Below are positions 31,067 through 43,800 of a stretch of 64,000 nt of DNA, one piece after another (the first letter of the stretch is position 1; each line of letters starts with the position of its first letter). The notes beneath the pieces were generated by a model. The model was not told the DNA's origin, did no database searches, and saw only the letters and a list, made by a program, of their open reading frames with translations. A program made the position numbers and the translations under genes. Origin of the DNA: Eledone cirrhosa (Eukaryota); assembly GCA_964016885.1 (NCBI GenBank), contig OZ024757.1, forward strand, positions 33,046,001 to 33,110,000, in the 5' to 3' direction.

Positions 31067-31474
31067 AGTCTGTCACCAGATAATAATCACTTATAGTGTG
31101 GTACTCGAGTTGTACAAACAAGGGTCACTATAATCCAATGATGTACAGATGTCTCTTTTACAATCTGTCATTCTATTGGTGTATTTTGGGTACCCTGTTT
31201 TGTTTTTCTGGCACAAGCCAATACTCTGAATTTTTGACACTATGTATGAACAGCAGATATGTCACTGTGGCTGTTGGAGTCTTCAAGCAAGTTTGCACCA
31301 TAGTTTCGTCACCTCAGAAGGTATAATATAGGCAGGAGCAGATGTGGTTTTCTGGCAACCAGGCTAGCTATCGTATGTATATATGCACTTTATATATATA
31401 TATCATTATCATCATATTTTAATGTCCATTTTCTATGCTAGCATGGGTTAGAAGACTATATATATAGATGTATG

Positions 31475-31885
31475 GGCTGCAGCTACGAAGGATATGTGAT
31501 GGCTGGAGAGAAATAAAGCATGCATGCTCTGATGGATGTGCAATGTCAATGTGCATGAACCAAACATAGTCGAGTTGAGAGAGAAACTGTGTATAAGAGG
31601 GATAAACTGTAGTGTGCAGGAGAGAAGACTGCACTGGTATGGACATGTGATGCACATGGAGGATGACCGCTGGGTAAAAAAGTGCCAAGAAATTCCAGTG
31701 GAAGGAAGATGCAGTAGGGGAAGGCCACGAAAATCATGGGCAGAGGTGGTGAGAGCTGATCTCAGATTGCTGAAGCTCACAGAGAAGATGACGAAGGTCT
31801 GTGACGAATGGAGAGATGCTGTACTGAAAAAGACCCATCCCACCCTTGCAAGCAGGGAAAAGCGGACGTATGATGATGATGATGA
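31475..31885 (+). mobile_element. RTE LINE 3' end with (GAT)n tail
   Basis: RRLHWYGHV...GRCSRGRPRKSW...WRDAV. Confidence 0.88.
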
Positions 31886-31912
31886 TATATGTGTGTGTGT
31901 GTGCGTATGTGT

Positions 31913-32092
31913 GGATCCCAAGTTCAATCGGGGGTAACTGCAGTAAATAAGGTACTCAATACATTAGTAGAGTGTGAACATCATCATTTGATATAGAAAT
32001 GACTTCTACAGGACTAGAATTCTTTCATTTCTGATGATTTCATACGAATGAAAGAATTCTAGTCTCCTGTAAAAAGCATTTCTATATTAAAT
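31913..32092 (-). mobile_element. Family A element, diverged
   Basis: Tail plus palindrome about 31990-32090, with CTGATGA at 32021. Confidence 0.7.
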
Positions 32093-32097
32093 AATAT

Positions 32098-32132
<35 letters not shown>

Positions 32133-32341
32133 GTTATACTTGGGGAGGGTCATATTGTTGTAATAATATTGCCAGAATTAATAACAGAACACACTCATTG
32201 TTTGGTTGGTTTTCGCTTCCAACCAAACAGTGAGTGTGTTCTGTTATTAATTCTGGCAATATTATTACAACAATATGACCCTCCTCAAGTATAACAATAT
32301 TTGTTTCGACACTCGATTTCATATCAAAAACCTCGCAAAAC
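32133..32341 (+). mobile_element. Family D fold-back element
   Basis: Palindrome 32133-32295 with a 9-nt loop, plus tail; (TA)n flanks. Confidence 0.75.
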
Positions 32342-32897
32342 TATATATATATATATAAAACACATAGTCCACACTGTAATGTGGCCATGTAGGTAACACA
32401 GTAAAAAGTTTGCAGTTCCACACTGTAAATGTGGTTGGTGTTAGGACGGGCATCCAGCCGTAGAAAACCTGCCAGATAGTCCTATACGAGTGAGACACGG
32501 TCACCCGACCAATCTTGCCTCAAGTGGGACAACTCCCGTCTAACCCATGCCAGTGTGGAAGATAGATGTTAAACGATGATGATGATGATATATATATATA
32601 TATACATACATATTTATACATACATCATCATCATCATCATCATCATCGTTTAACATCTATATTCCACGCTTGCATGGGTTTGGACGGGAGTTTTCCCACT
32701 TGAGGCAAGAGTGGTTGTCTTGCTCACATAGGACTGTCTGGAGGGTTTTCTACGGCTGGATGCCCTTCCTAACACCAACCACATTTACAGTGTGGAACTG
32801 GGAGGTTTTTACCGTGTTACCTACATATATATTTATATATATATACATGTTACATACATATATATTTATATATATATATACAAACACACACACATAT

Positions 32898-32930
<33 letters not shown>

Positions 32931-34237
32931 CAGGGTGCGGACGATATTTGTTCGCAAGATTACTGTCTAGGAAAAAATAACACAGTAGTTTTATTTTTTA
33001 AGATATATTTATCAAACTTGGGTCAGTTTGTCTTCATGACTTGTTCTTTCGATCTCACTCAATAAACACGCCATTGGCTTTGATAACGGCCTCAAGGCAG
33101 CCTCGGAACTGGCTACAGGTCTTCGTCATTTTGCCCCGACTTAGGCCCCTAAAGGCACTTGTGATCCTGGCCTTCAGATGATCTTTCCTATTGCAGCTAG
33201 ATCTGTTGGGGTCTCGTTCCACTGCGCCCCACACAAAGAAGTCAAGGGGGTTGCAGTCAGGCGAGCTGGGAGGCCAGATGTCAGGTGAAGTGTGGTCAAC
33301 AAAGTTCTCTGACAGCCAGGCTTGGGTCTTTCGGCTGGTTTGGCAGGGCGCTGAGTCTTGCTGCCACACATACGGCCTACCTGCAGCTACCTGGTCAATC
33401 CAGGGCTTTACTACCTCACTCAGAATGCGCTTGTAGCCATCGGTGTTCAGCTTGAGGCCCTCAGGGAAGAAGTGAGGTGGCTTGACATCACCTTGACTGC
33501 TGACGACACCTAAGACCAATGTTGTCGCTGGAAACTTTGTCTGCATAACTCTGGGCACGTCTTTGGATGAGACAGCGAGCTACCTGTTGTTCTGGGAGTT
33601 GATCTTCTGGTCTTGGCAGAAGTTTTTCTCGTCGGAGAAAAACCACAGCATGTCTGGCTCCAGTGGGTGTTTCAACTTGTTGATCAACTTCTTTGCGTGC
33701 TTCAGTCGCTTTTCTTGCATCGCCTTCGACAGAAATTGTCCTTTCCTCATCTTGTATGAAACGTAGCGAATGTCTTCATGTACCACCAGCCTAATGAGCT
33801 TTTCATCCACGCCTTTCTCCCTTGCAATGGCACGTATCGACTTGCTAGGTTCATTGTTGATGATATCCTGAACTTCAGTGACGAACTCAAGCGTTCTGAA
33901 GGCGTCAGATCGTCGATCATGTGTTTTCCTCTCTGATGTTGCTTCGTAGTCGAATTCTGAATCTTCCAATTCCTTTCTGACCTTTTCCACCATTCTCCTG
34001 CTGACGCTGAGAAAGTCTGAAATTTCCTTATTTGTCCTCCCGGCGCGGATTCCAAGAAGAACTCCATGTCTCTTCCACAAATTTGGAGGTTCAAAATTAT
34101 TCATAATCAATTATTCTGAAAATAAATAATGGAAATATAGTCACTGTTTTTATGAAGACAAGAGTGACAACGGAAGTAAAAAAAATTTCTATAAAATTAG
34201 CAGTTGAAAATTGCGAATAAATATCGTCCGCACCCTG
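32931..34237 (-). mobile_element. Tc1/mariner superfamily DD37D (maT) transposon, full length
   Basis: 27-bp TIRs CAGGGTGCGGACGATATTT(G/A)TTCGCAA with one mismatch, TA flanks inside (TA)n, internal transposase. Confidence 0.95.
33055..34104 (-). pseudogene. DD37D transposase, 349 codons, one in-frame TAG
   Basis: FFSDEK, WQQDSAP and SPDCNPLD motifs, with 37 residues between the 2nd and 3rd Asp. ORFs 33580-34110 and 33055-33558 share a frame and are split only by the stop at 33580-33582. Confidence 0.92.
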
Positions 34238-34363
34238 TATATATAATTGGTGTGGGATGCTTAAAGTGTCCGTAAGCGGTATGAACACTCTATGCTCTTA
34301 CAGAGCAGAGTATAATATCACATAAGAAACGGAGAATCAGTGTTGCGATGAATAAGATTTATT

Positions 34364-34460
34364 AGACATATTACAATCGTTTTACTGGTGGCCAGCTCGA
34401 GGCACGATCGATGCAATGATCAAACCTGACTCTGAAATCGTAAGATCCTCAGATATGTCT
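34364..34460 (-). ncRNA. Hammerhead motif with long stem II region and mutated core
   Basis: agacatat CTGAGGA [about 62 nt] AAAA cgattg TA atatgtct; perfect 8-bp stem I, G12 replaced by A. Confidence 0.6.
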
Positions 34461-34500
34461 TGATTCTACGAAGCAGAGTTTCTAAATATATATATATATA

Positions 34501-34636
34501 GTGGTAGAACACTGGGAGGTTATATCCGTGGTAAATAGAGCACTCAGCCCATGGGACTAGTATGGTAGAAGTTAGTTCCAACGGTTAGTAAACCATTTTC
34601 TGGTTTACTAGCTGTTGTGGAACTAACTTCTATCAT
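34501..34636 (-). mobile_element. Family H tail with fold-back arm
   Basis: Reverse complement resembles 42478-42561; hairpin 34562-34636. Confidence 0.65.
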
Positions 34637-34873
34637 CATCATCATATATATATATATGTGTGTGTATATAAGGATTTCCTGTCCTAATTTACTTAGTTGA
34701 TAATTTAATATGATATTTAACATGGTTCTTACATTTTAAAAATCCAAATTAAAAATGTTATATATATATGTATAATTTATATATATATATATACATTGTA
34801 ATAATAAATGTGAAGAATAAAATCAGAAGAGGGCTCAATAAGGATTATATATATATATATACATACACTCACT

Positions 34874-34918
<45 letters not shown>

Positions 34919-35221
34919 ATACATGCATATATATATATATATACCTCACCAAGTGAACATGGGACTCACACATATATACACACACACACACACACATATA
35001 TATACAAGTGGAAACTTAGTAAAATCGAAGCTTTGGCTTTGGGCAAGCAAAGTCGACCTACAATATGAATGAGTTACCAAAGCACTCAATAAGGGTAGGT
35101 CCTTAGAGTAATAACATACGTTTAAATAGCTTGACAAATTGAACATTGTGGTAGGCAAAACCTAACACACAATACCAAAGCAACGAAAAAACTAACAGGT
35201 TAAAAGGTATATATATACATT

Positions 35222-35375
35222 TGAAGGTAATCATCAGGAAAGCCCTGGGCTTTCCTGATGATTTCCTTCTAGTCCTGAAGAAGCCATTTCTATATTAAAT
35301 ATGTTGTATACACCCTACTAATGTATTGCGTACCTTACTTACTGTGGTTACCCCACCAAGTGAACATGGGACTCA
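35222..35375 (+). mobile_element. Family A element, internally deleted
   Basis: Hairpin atcatcaggaaagccc/gggctttcctgatgat followed by the family A tail. Confidence 0.7.
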
Positions 35376-35384
35376 CACATACAT

Positions 35385-35419
<35 letters not shown>

Positions 35420-36271
35420 CACACACATGTAGTGTAATCCATTAATTGTAACCCACTCTGACAACCCTGGGTGTAGCTAAAATTTAAGTGGTTATATTCT
35501 TTCTCCAGCAGTGTCACTCTTTATCTCTCTGCCCCCCCCCTCTCCTTTTCGCTCTCCCACTCTCACTTTTTACTATCTCTTCTTCTCCTCCCTCCCCTGT
35601 TTGTGTCTCTTTATCTTATTTACTTTCTCAGTTTCTCTCTCCTCCCCTTCCTCTCACCTCACTCTACCACTACTACACATTTCCAATTCATTCAGAAAAG
35701 AAAAAAAAACCCGTTCACGCCTTTCACCCAATACATATATAAAATTATGATTGTTGCTTAGCTTCTCCCCCTCCTCCCCCCACTCCTTTACTTTCTTTCA
35801 TTCTTCTTCTTTTCTCTGCATTCTTCTTTTCACTTCTTTACACTCTTCTTTTTCTTCTCTGCATTCTTCTTCTTCTTCTTCTTCTTCTTCTTCCTCCGCC
35901 TCCTCTCAATCTCTCTTCTTTTTTCTCCTCCTCCTACTTCTTATCACCATCATCATCACCACCCCCACCAGAACCATCATCATCATCATCCCTGTCATCA
36001 CCACCACCAACAACACCAACACCAACACCACCACCACCACCACCACTACCACCAACAACACCAACACCAACACCACCACCACCACCATCATCACTACCAC
36101 CACCACCGTCACCACCATTTGACTTTAGTCTTAGCAGCCTATAGGCGCTAGACGACTTGCATGTGTATGTATGTAAACAAAATCTTGAGACAGCCCACAC
36201 ACACAGATTCACTGACAGACACACACACACACATACACACACATACACACACACACAGATGTGTGTACACT

Positions 36272-36281
36272 TATATAAAAG
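36272..36281 (+). promoter_or_regulatory. Candidate TATA box of the VWA gene
   Basis: TATATAAAAG in non-microsatellite sequence about 540 bp upstream of the ATG. Confidence 0.35.
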
Positions 36282-36815
36282 TTGCGTGGTAAAAGCTTGT
36301 TATAAGTTAATTGTATTACAAGCAACTGGTATTATTATTACTTAGAGGCAGGTTCTTATTAAGAAACCACACTTGGATCAGCTCACTCACTATATTTATC
36401 TCTGGCTCTATACTTCTTAATATATTATCATTAAAAGCTATTTACCTGTCTATCCATCTATCTACCCATATCTATTTATCTATCATTTATATCTATCCTT
36501 ATATCTATCTATCTACCCATATCTATTTATATCTATCTTCATATCCATCCATCCATCTATCTACCAATATCTATTTATTGATTATTTATATATTTTCTTA
36601 TATCCATCCATCTATCTATCTATCTGTCTCTGTCTACCATCTCTCTCTCTCTCCCCACACATACATTTACACATCCTAAACATATGTATATATAAACATA
36701 TACACACATATTCAAATATATTTGTATATTTTACATTCCCAAAACGCACCTGATCAACCTTCAGTTCTCATCATCTATTTGGACATAATTTGAAAACCAA
36801 CTTTAATCAAGAAAA

Positions 36816-36869
36816 ATGAAAACCAGTATTTTCCTCTTCATTGTGGCTTGTTTAAACCTTTTTACACCA
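36816..36869 (+). CDS. Coding exon 1 (signal peptide MKTSIFLFIVACLNLFTP) of a secreted VWA-domain protein
   Basis: AAAATG start, basic N-region and hydrophobic core. Ends in phase 0 at a GTAAGT donor (36870) and joins in frame to 55263. Confidence 0.72.
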
Positions 36870-36899
36870 GTAAGTACTAATAACTGACTTTTACTATTT

Positions 36900-37780
36900 T
36901 TCTTTTTATTATTTTCACATATTTTCCATGCTCAATAAAATACAAATACTAGCTATGTACTGGGGTAGATACATTATTCCTATAAAATATCATAAAGACC
37001 AAAGTTACCTTTATTTCTCAGGAAAATATAAAACTAAAGTATGATTGATAAAATAAAGTACCAGTAAAATACTGGGGTAGATTTAATATCTCTATAAAAT
37101 ACCCTAGATGTGCATAGAATTAGAGAAAAATACTAAGGCTAACTTTACCTTTCAAACTTACAGGGTTGATAAAATAAAGTACCAGTGAAATACTGGGGTA
37201 GATTTAATATTCCTATAAAACATCCTTGGAATTATAAAATCAAACCTATCATAAACTTTACCCTTCATCTTTTAGATAATGATAAAATAAAGTACCAGTG
37301 AAATACTGGGGTACATTTAATACAAGTATTTTAAGGTTAAAGAAGTGGTTAGCCTTGCAGGCCTCATGACAGATCTCATATCGATCATGGGGTCTCATAT
37401 ATGACAATGTTTCACAGACAGATGTCCTTCTTGGTGCCAATCATTTTAGTCACCTCCTATAACACAGCATAACTGGGTAGATTTAATATTCTTATAAAAA
37501 CACCCTAGATGTGAATAGGTTGATAAACTAAAGTGCCAGTTTTGTATTGGGGTATATTTAAAATTCTCATAAAACATTTTAGATGTAAAAGGAATAATAC
37601 TAAGAAAACTAAGACTAACTTTAACTTTTGTCTTTCCCGCTTTGATAAACTATAGTACCAGTCAAGTACTGGGGTAGATTTTATACTCCTACAAAATATA
37701 CTAGAAGATTAAGACTAATTTTACCTTTCATTCTTCTTGGGTTGATAAAATAGTACCAGTCATATATTTGGTTAGATTAA
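36900..37780 (+). repeat. Degenerate tandem array derived from the SINE family 3 body
   Basis: Repeated gataaaataaagtaccagtgaaatactggggtagatttaat about every 120 bp. Confidence 0.7.
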
Positions 37781-37807
37781 TTAGCATGTCTGTTATAAAG
37801 AAATTTC

Positions 37808-37841
<34 letters not shown>

Positions 37842-37920
37842 ATGATATTAATAAATGGAAAAACTCGAACCGTTAAGATCTCATTCCTGGATATGTCAAT
37901 ATTTATAAAACAAACTTTGT

Positions 37921-37979
37921 ATTTTATCTGATGAGAGCGTACCAAAGTTTTGGTACCCTTGAAATATATATAATAGAAT
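37921..37979 (+). ncRNA. Hammerhead motif (family C; element about 37840-38098)
   Basis: attttat CTGATGA gag-c-gtaccaaa gt tttggtac-c-ctt GAAA tatata TA atagaat. Confidence 0.82.
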
Positions 37980-38095
37980 AAATATGGTTTTATAAATATA
38001 GTTTGATATTATACTCCAGAATATCTGTTGAGTGCTTCGAATCAGTTATAAATATATATATTTGTTGAATTACCAACAAATTAAATATCCCTTTG

Positions 38096-38143
<48 letters not shown>

Positions 38144-38368
38144 TATATAGAATATTTTAGTATCGTGAGAGAGTAGAGGTTTAAAGGGATAAGCGATACG
38201 TATAGTTAACTGCCAAAAGCTGGTGCATTTGTGCTCAATACTTGTGCCTACAGGGTTAAATATCGGAAGCGTTAATATTTAGCGGGCGAGAATATAAGCA
38301 GAGCGGTTACAAATGAAAGGATTACAAAGGAGAATACAGACGGTTAGAACATGTTTATACAAAAGCAC

Positions 38369-38409
38369 CTATGTACGTTTCGCCCGAAAAGGGCTTCTCA
38401 AGGGCATAG
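38369..38409 (-). ncRNA. Variant minimal hammerhead motif (element about 38160-38621)
   Basis: ctatg cc CTTGAGAA gccc ttttc gggc GAAA cg TA catag. Confidence 0.6.
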
Positions 38410-38617
38410 AAATCTAGAGAGTGTTTGGTGCGGGACCCAGAAGGGGTTTTAAGGTGATCATCACATCAAAGTTCATTCTTAGTTCAAACAGGCATGCTGC
38501 TATTGCCACAGAGCAAGGGAGTCACTCCCTTGTCTGTGGCAATAACAGCATGCCTGTTTGAACTAAGAATGAACTTTGATGTAATGAACAGTATATATTC
38601 TCCTTTGTAATCCTTTC

Positions 38618-38666
<49 letters not shown>

Positions 38667-39365
38667 GTGTGGCTTAGAGGTCAGATTCACAATCGTGAGG
38701 TTGCGAGTTCAATTCTTGGACCGGGTGATGTGTTGCGTCCTTGAGCAAGACACTTTATTTCATGTTGCTCCTTCTGCCAGGAGTTGCGGACCGATAGATA
38801 GTATCAGCAATGGAAACATTGTTTCCTTGGTTTGATTTGATCAGGTCCACCCCACTCAACAAGTAAATGAGGTCTGGGATCTTCTCATTATATATTAGGC
38901 TGTGTGGTTACAATGGTAATATTAAAAAAACATATGGGGGAAATATAGGAAACAGATAACTCAGAAGAGACAAGCACATGGACAATTCCTGCTCATCAGC
39001 TGTCTTCTGGGGATCATTATAGTTTCAGATGCTTTATAGCTATATGGTTATATTTGGAGATGGTCCTTTTGTCAATTCTATCAATAAAAACACATGCAAC
39101 AATTTGATTTTCATTTCAACTATGTTATTAGTTATTAATTAGTTTGTCAAAGCTCTTTCATCACACGTGTGATTTTATTGACATACTTGGTACAACGACC
39201 ATCCCCAAATATAACAATATCTGTTTCAACACATGGTTTCACATCAAAAATCTTGCAAAATAAATACATAAACGCCTGTGTGTGTGTGTGTGTGTATATA
39301 TATATGTGTGTGTGTATATATATATATATGTGTGTGTATATATATATGTGTGTGTATATATATAT

Positions 39366-39397
<32 letters not shown>

Positions 39398-39629
39398 GTG
39401 TGTGTGTGTATATATATGTATATGTGTGTGTGTATATATATATATTTGTGTGTGTGTGTGTATATATATATATTTTATAGATATATCAACATCATTATCA
39501 TCATTTAATGCCTGCTTTCCCTGCTACTGATACTTATCTATCAATTTGAAAAAGTAATATCTGTGTGTGTGTGTATGTGTATATACACACACATATATAT
39601 ATATGTATATATAAATACATATATATATA

Positions 39630-39664
<35 letters not shown>

Positions 39665-39667
39665 TTA

Positions 39668-40278
39668 TGTCAGGTCACCAGTTGGTGCTACTGGTAACAT
39701 GTATCCCAGTACAACCTGTCTCATGGTCGGGTCGTTGGCGACTAAACTGGCAACCCCACCAAGGTTTCTTGGTGAGGAGGGTGACTTTGGACATCCTGCA
39801 GGACTAAAAACAAAACCTGTCAAAGGGCAAAGGAGCTCTTAAGAGTCAATGGCCATCCAAAATCACCGGGAGAGATGACCCCTTAGCCTTTGTCAAGGCA
39901 GAATTCTAGGAGAAGGAAAACTCTGATATAACACCTGCAACCCTGATGGTATCCAATGATGTTGACTTGTTCTTCTTTTTGGTAAATATCATCTTGGTTA
40001 AGAGAGTGGGACTGGCTTTGTGCAGTGCCTTTGCTCACTATAAAAGCTTCACGGCACAGGCATTGCTTTATATCTGGAGATCTCTCTGCACTTGTCGTCA
40101 CATGGTACCATGGGCCCAGCACTATGTGTCAATAATTGTCACAAGTGTAGTGTTTGTACCAGAGTTTTCAAGTCACTGGCTGAGACTAAAAAGTCACACT
40201 CGTTCAGCGCATCGGTAGGGGTTCTCCTACATGGATATAAAGTAGTGGCCGTACTCGAAAACGAGTTGGCAGCCACCA
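39668..40278 (+). mobile_element. RTE-like remnant ending in a C2H2-like motif (similar 3' end at 26893-27176)
   Basis: [21 protein letters not shown] (frameshifted), followed by a TA tail. Confidence 0.5.
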
Positions 40279-40306
40279 TATATATATATATATATATATA
40301 TATGAA

Positions 40307-40367
<61 letters not shown>

Positions 40368-40374
40368 GTATATA

Positions 40375-40405
<31 letters not shown>

Positions 40406-41575
40406 TTGTATATATATATAACTGTGTATATATATATATATGTATAAATATGTGTATATATATATAACTTTTAATTATATATATATATATATATACACAT
40501 ACACACACACACACATTTCATTTATATGTGTATGTGAGTGTGTGTGTGTGTCTGTACATGTGTGTATGTATGTGTGAAAGTGTGTGGTTTAATGGTTAGG
40601 GTGTTTAGCTCACAGTCATGTCCTCATGTCCTTGTGTCATTCCACCTGTCCAGTCAGCTGGCAAAAATGAGTTGTACCTATAATTCAGAAAGCCATCCTT
40701 GTTACACGCAGTGGCACACTGAATCAGTCGGAGAACTACGTTAAGAGTACATATGTCTGTGGAATGCTCAGCCACTTACACTACAATACAAGATAGACTA
40801 ATAGCTGGATTCAGTGTGTGTGTGTGTGCGATAGAATGGTTTCTTATATAGGCACAATTAGAAAGGTTTCTTAGAAAGGTTCTTAGAATGGTTTCTTAAG
40901 GCCAGCAATTTTTTTTGGGGGGGAGGGGGAAGTCGATTAAATCGACCCCAGTGCGTGACTGGTACTTTATTTTATCGCCCCCGTAAGGATGAAAGGCAAA
41001 GTTAACCTCGGCGCGATTTGAACTCAGATCATAAAGGGCCGTAACTCTATGCTGCAAAGCATGGCATCCAACCCTCTACCGATACTGCCAATCCACCGTG
41101 TGTGTGATAGAATAGAAGAATGGGAGATATCTAGACAACTAGCTCGGATTAACTCCCATTACTGCACTAGGGCTTCATGAACACAACCACAAGGATATGG
41201 TCCGAATGTGTCATCACCTCCATATCTCTGTATGGTGAGCAAATGGGGTCCCACGTGCTGGCCTCCCCACAGCCCCAGCAGACAGAATGGAGAAGGTGTT
41301 TCCCCAGAAGGTGGTAAGGGAGATGCGCTGGAAGAGCCATTCCAACTTACAAGGTTCACACCTGTGGCTGGCCAGCTCAGCACCAATGGTGGTGATAGAC
41401 TGTACTTGTAATTCAAAGGACCAGCTTTGTCATACACTGTGTCACACTGAATCGCCCTGAAAACTGTTAAGAGTACACTACACATGTCTGTGGAATGCTC
41501 AGTCACTTGCATGCCGTTCTGTTAATCAAGCAATTTGAACACTTACCATTGATATAAAAGGGGATTCAGTTAGAA

Positions 41576-41607
<32 letters not shown>

Positions 41608-41635
41608 TGTGTGTGTATGCAAGGACTTTCTTCAC

Positions 41636-41862
41636 TTAAACCTTTAACATTTAAACCATATCCGGCCAGAATTCTTTCACCTCTTTTTGTTCAAACTGGC
41701 CATAACTGGCTGCTCACACTGATATCAAGGAATTGTTCTCAAAATAAATAACATAAAAATCTCATAGATTCTATATTATGTGAGATAATTTTGTGAGGTA
41801 AAGCTTTTACCACAAAAATACAATCATATATATACACAGTAATGTAAATACTAAAGGGTTAA
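41636..41862 (+). mobile_element. piggyBac-like MITE
   Basis: Same family, TTAA flanks. Confidence 0.75.
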
Positions 41863-42412
41863 AAAAGCTTCAATCACAGGCATCACTTGATCTAATGACT
41901 TTTACATGCGTTGTGTGTGCATGCCCTTTCTTTTTTCTTTCACTGCAGCATATGCAAAAAGGATTCTAAGTCCTTGGAAGGGCTAAAACATTGTTTGGGC
42001 CACTCATGTATCAGAAAAAAGTCAAGGAATGGTAATTCTTGAAACTGAAATGCAGCCAGTATGTATGTATGTATGTATGTATGTATGTATGTATGTATGT
42101 ATGTATGTATGTGTGTGTGTGTGTACGTACATACATACATATGTATGTATGTAAGTATGTAAGTAGATTAAACATGGTTACATAACAGAACTGGAGATTT
42201 GGTTTGACCAACCATTTGGTCAACTGTTTATATTCAATGATATATCCACAGTCAATCAAGCTGCTGACTGAACACAACTGTGGTGTAGATGTGTCACCCT
42301 CTTTCTCTCACAAATAGCATGGGATTGGTTTAGTTTTATTTACATTTTAACTGAGGCATATATGGTCTTAGTTATATTATATTATATTATATCATATATA
42401 TATATATATATA

Positions 42413-42470
42413 ACCATGTCCATCATGAGCTGAGGATCCGCTAAGGTGAAACAATTGTTCTCGGCATGGT
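42413..42470 (+). ncRNA. Hammerhead motif (family H; element 42413-42561)
   Basis: accatgtc-catcat-gag CTGAGGA t-cc gctaa gg-t GAAA caattg TT ctc-ggcatggt. Confidence 0.75.
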
Positions 42471-42558
42471 GAATTAACTGTTGTGTAACCACTTCTACCT
42501 AACTCGTCCCATGGACTGAGTGCTCTACCACTACGGATATTACCTTCCAACGTTCTAC

Positions 42559-42596
<38 letters not shown>

Positions 42597-42755
42597 TAAG
42601 TCTACAGTCCAATCAAAAAGGAGAGATAGGAGATTAGTTGTGAGAATTATAAGCCAGTAGAGAAGAAGACAATTGTAAACCAATAAATATATTTTTCCAA
42701 GAATTTGGTATTGTATTGTCTAACAATAATTTATATATATATATATTAAGATATA

Positions 42756-42946
42756 GGAAAAGAGTCAGGATGCCGAGAGCTGAGCTCCAGCCATTTTGAC
42801 AGCTAGATCTGAACTAACCCAGTAGTTAGATCTAGCTGTCGAAACGGCCAGAGCTCAGCCATCGGGGTCCTGATTCTTTTCCGATTACCCACTCTACAAC
42901 TCTAAGTATCGAGTACTCTGGTGTGTTATGGTCCACACTTCCTTCG
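42756..42946 (+). mobile_element. Family G fold-back
   Basis: Imperfect palindrome 42756-42882 plus tail. Confidence 0.72.
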
Positions 42947-43141
42947 TATATATATATATATATATAGTATAAAGTAATTTGTTTTCAAATATGAAAACAG
43001 TTAATTGTAGGTAAAGAAGTTATAAAGCTCAAGAATACGACATTTATTACTTACACAAGGCTACATACAATATTATAGAAAGGTATGAAATCCGACTGTG
43101 AACAATTATGGATTCACGTAGAGCAAGAAATACTTTGAAAA

Positions 43142-43190
<49 letters not shown>

Positions 43191-43196
<6 letters not shown>

Positions 43197-43433
43197 GTTT
43201 GTATATGTATAATAAAGCCAAAACAATGCAGGTATGGACATAGAATAAAGAATGCAAATGCCAAAGATATTGTTGACAATTAGTCTTTTACCTTAGATTT
43301 ATTTAAATGTCCTATATTTAAATGTCCTTAAATCTAAGGTAAAAGACTAATTGTCAACATTATCTTTTGCATTTGCATTCTTTATTCTATGTCCATACCT
43401 GCATTGTTTTGGGTTTATTATACATATACAAAC

Positions 43434-43440
<7 letters not shown>
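43191..43440. repeat. Symmetric palindrome in (TA)n
   Basis: About 110-bp arms with a duplicated atttaaatgtcct at the centre. Confidence 0.85.
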
Positions 43441-43475
<35 letters not shown>

Positions 43476-43745
43476 ACTAGATTAATCATTTTTTAAAAGG
43501 TAATATTTGAAGATCTAGTTAAACTTTAATTAGTTACCTACCAAGCTGTGTGTGATTACATACTTTACAAATTATCCCCTGTGATTGTTTCATGTGTTTA
43601 TTTTAAATATATATATATATATGTCAATCAATTTGTAGTTGATATAAAATGCTTGGATCTATTCATTGGAATCTTTGAGCTTATTCTACAGTGGATATGG
43701 CGCATGTCTCGGATATGACTCCTTTAATTTAATTAAATCTATTTT

Positions 43746-43800
<55 letters not shown>

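Noticed and set aside
35880-36118. Poly-Ser/Thr/Gly ORFs
   Set aside because: (TCT)n/(CAC)n simple repeats upstream of the candidate promoter.
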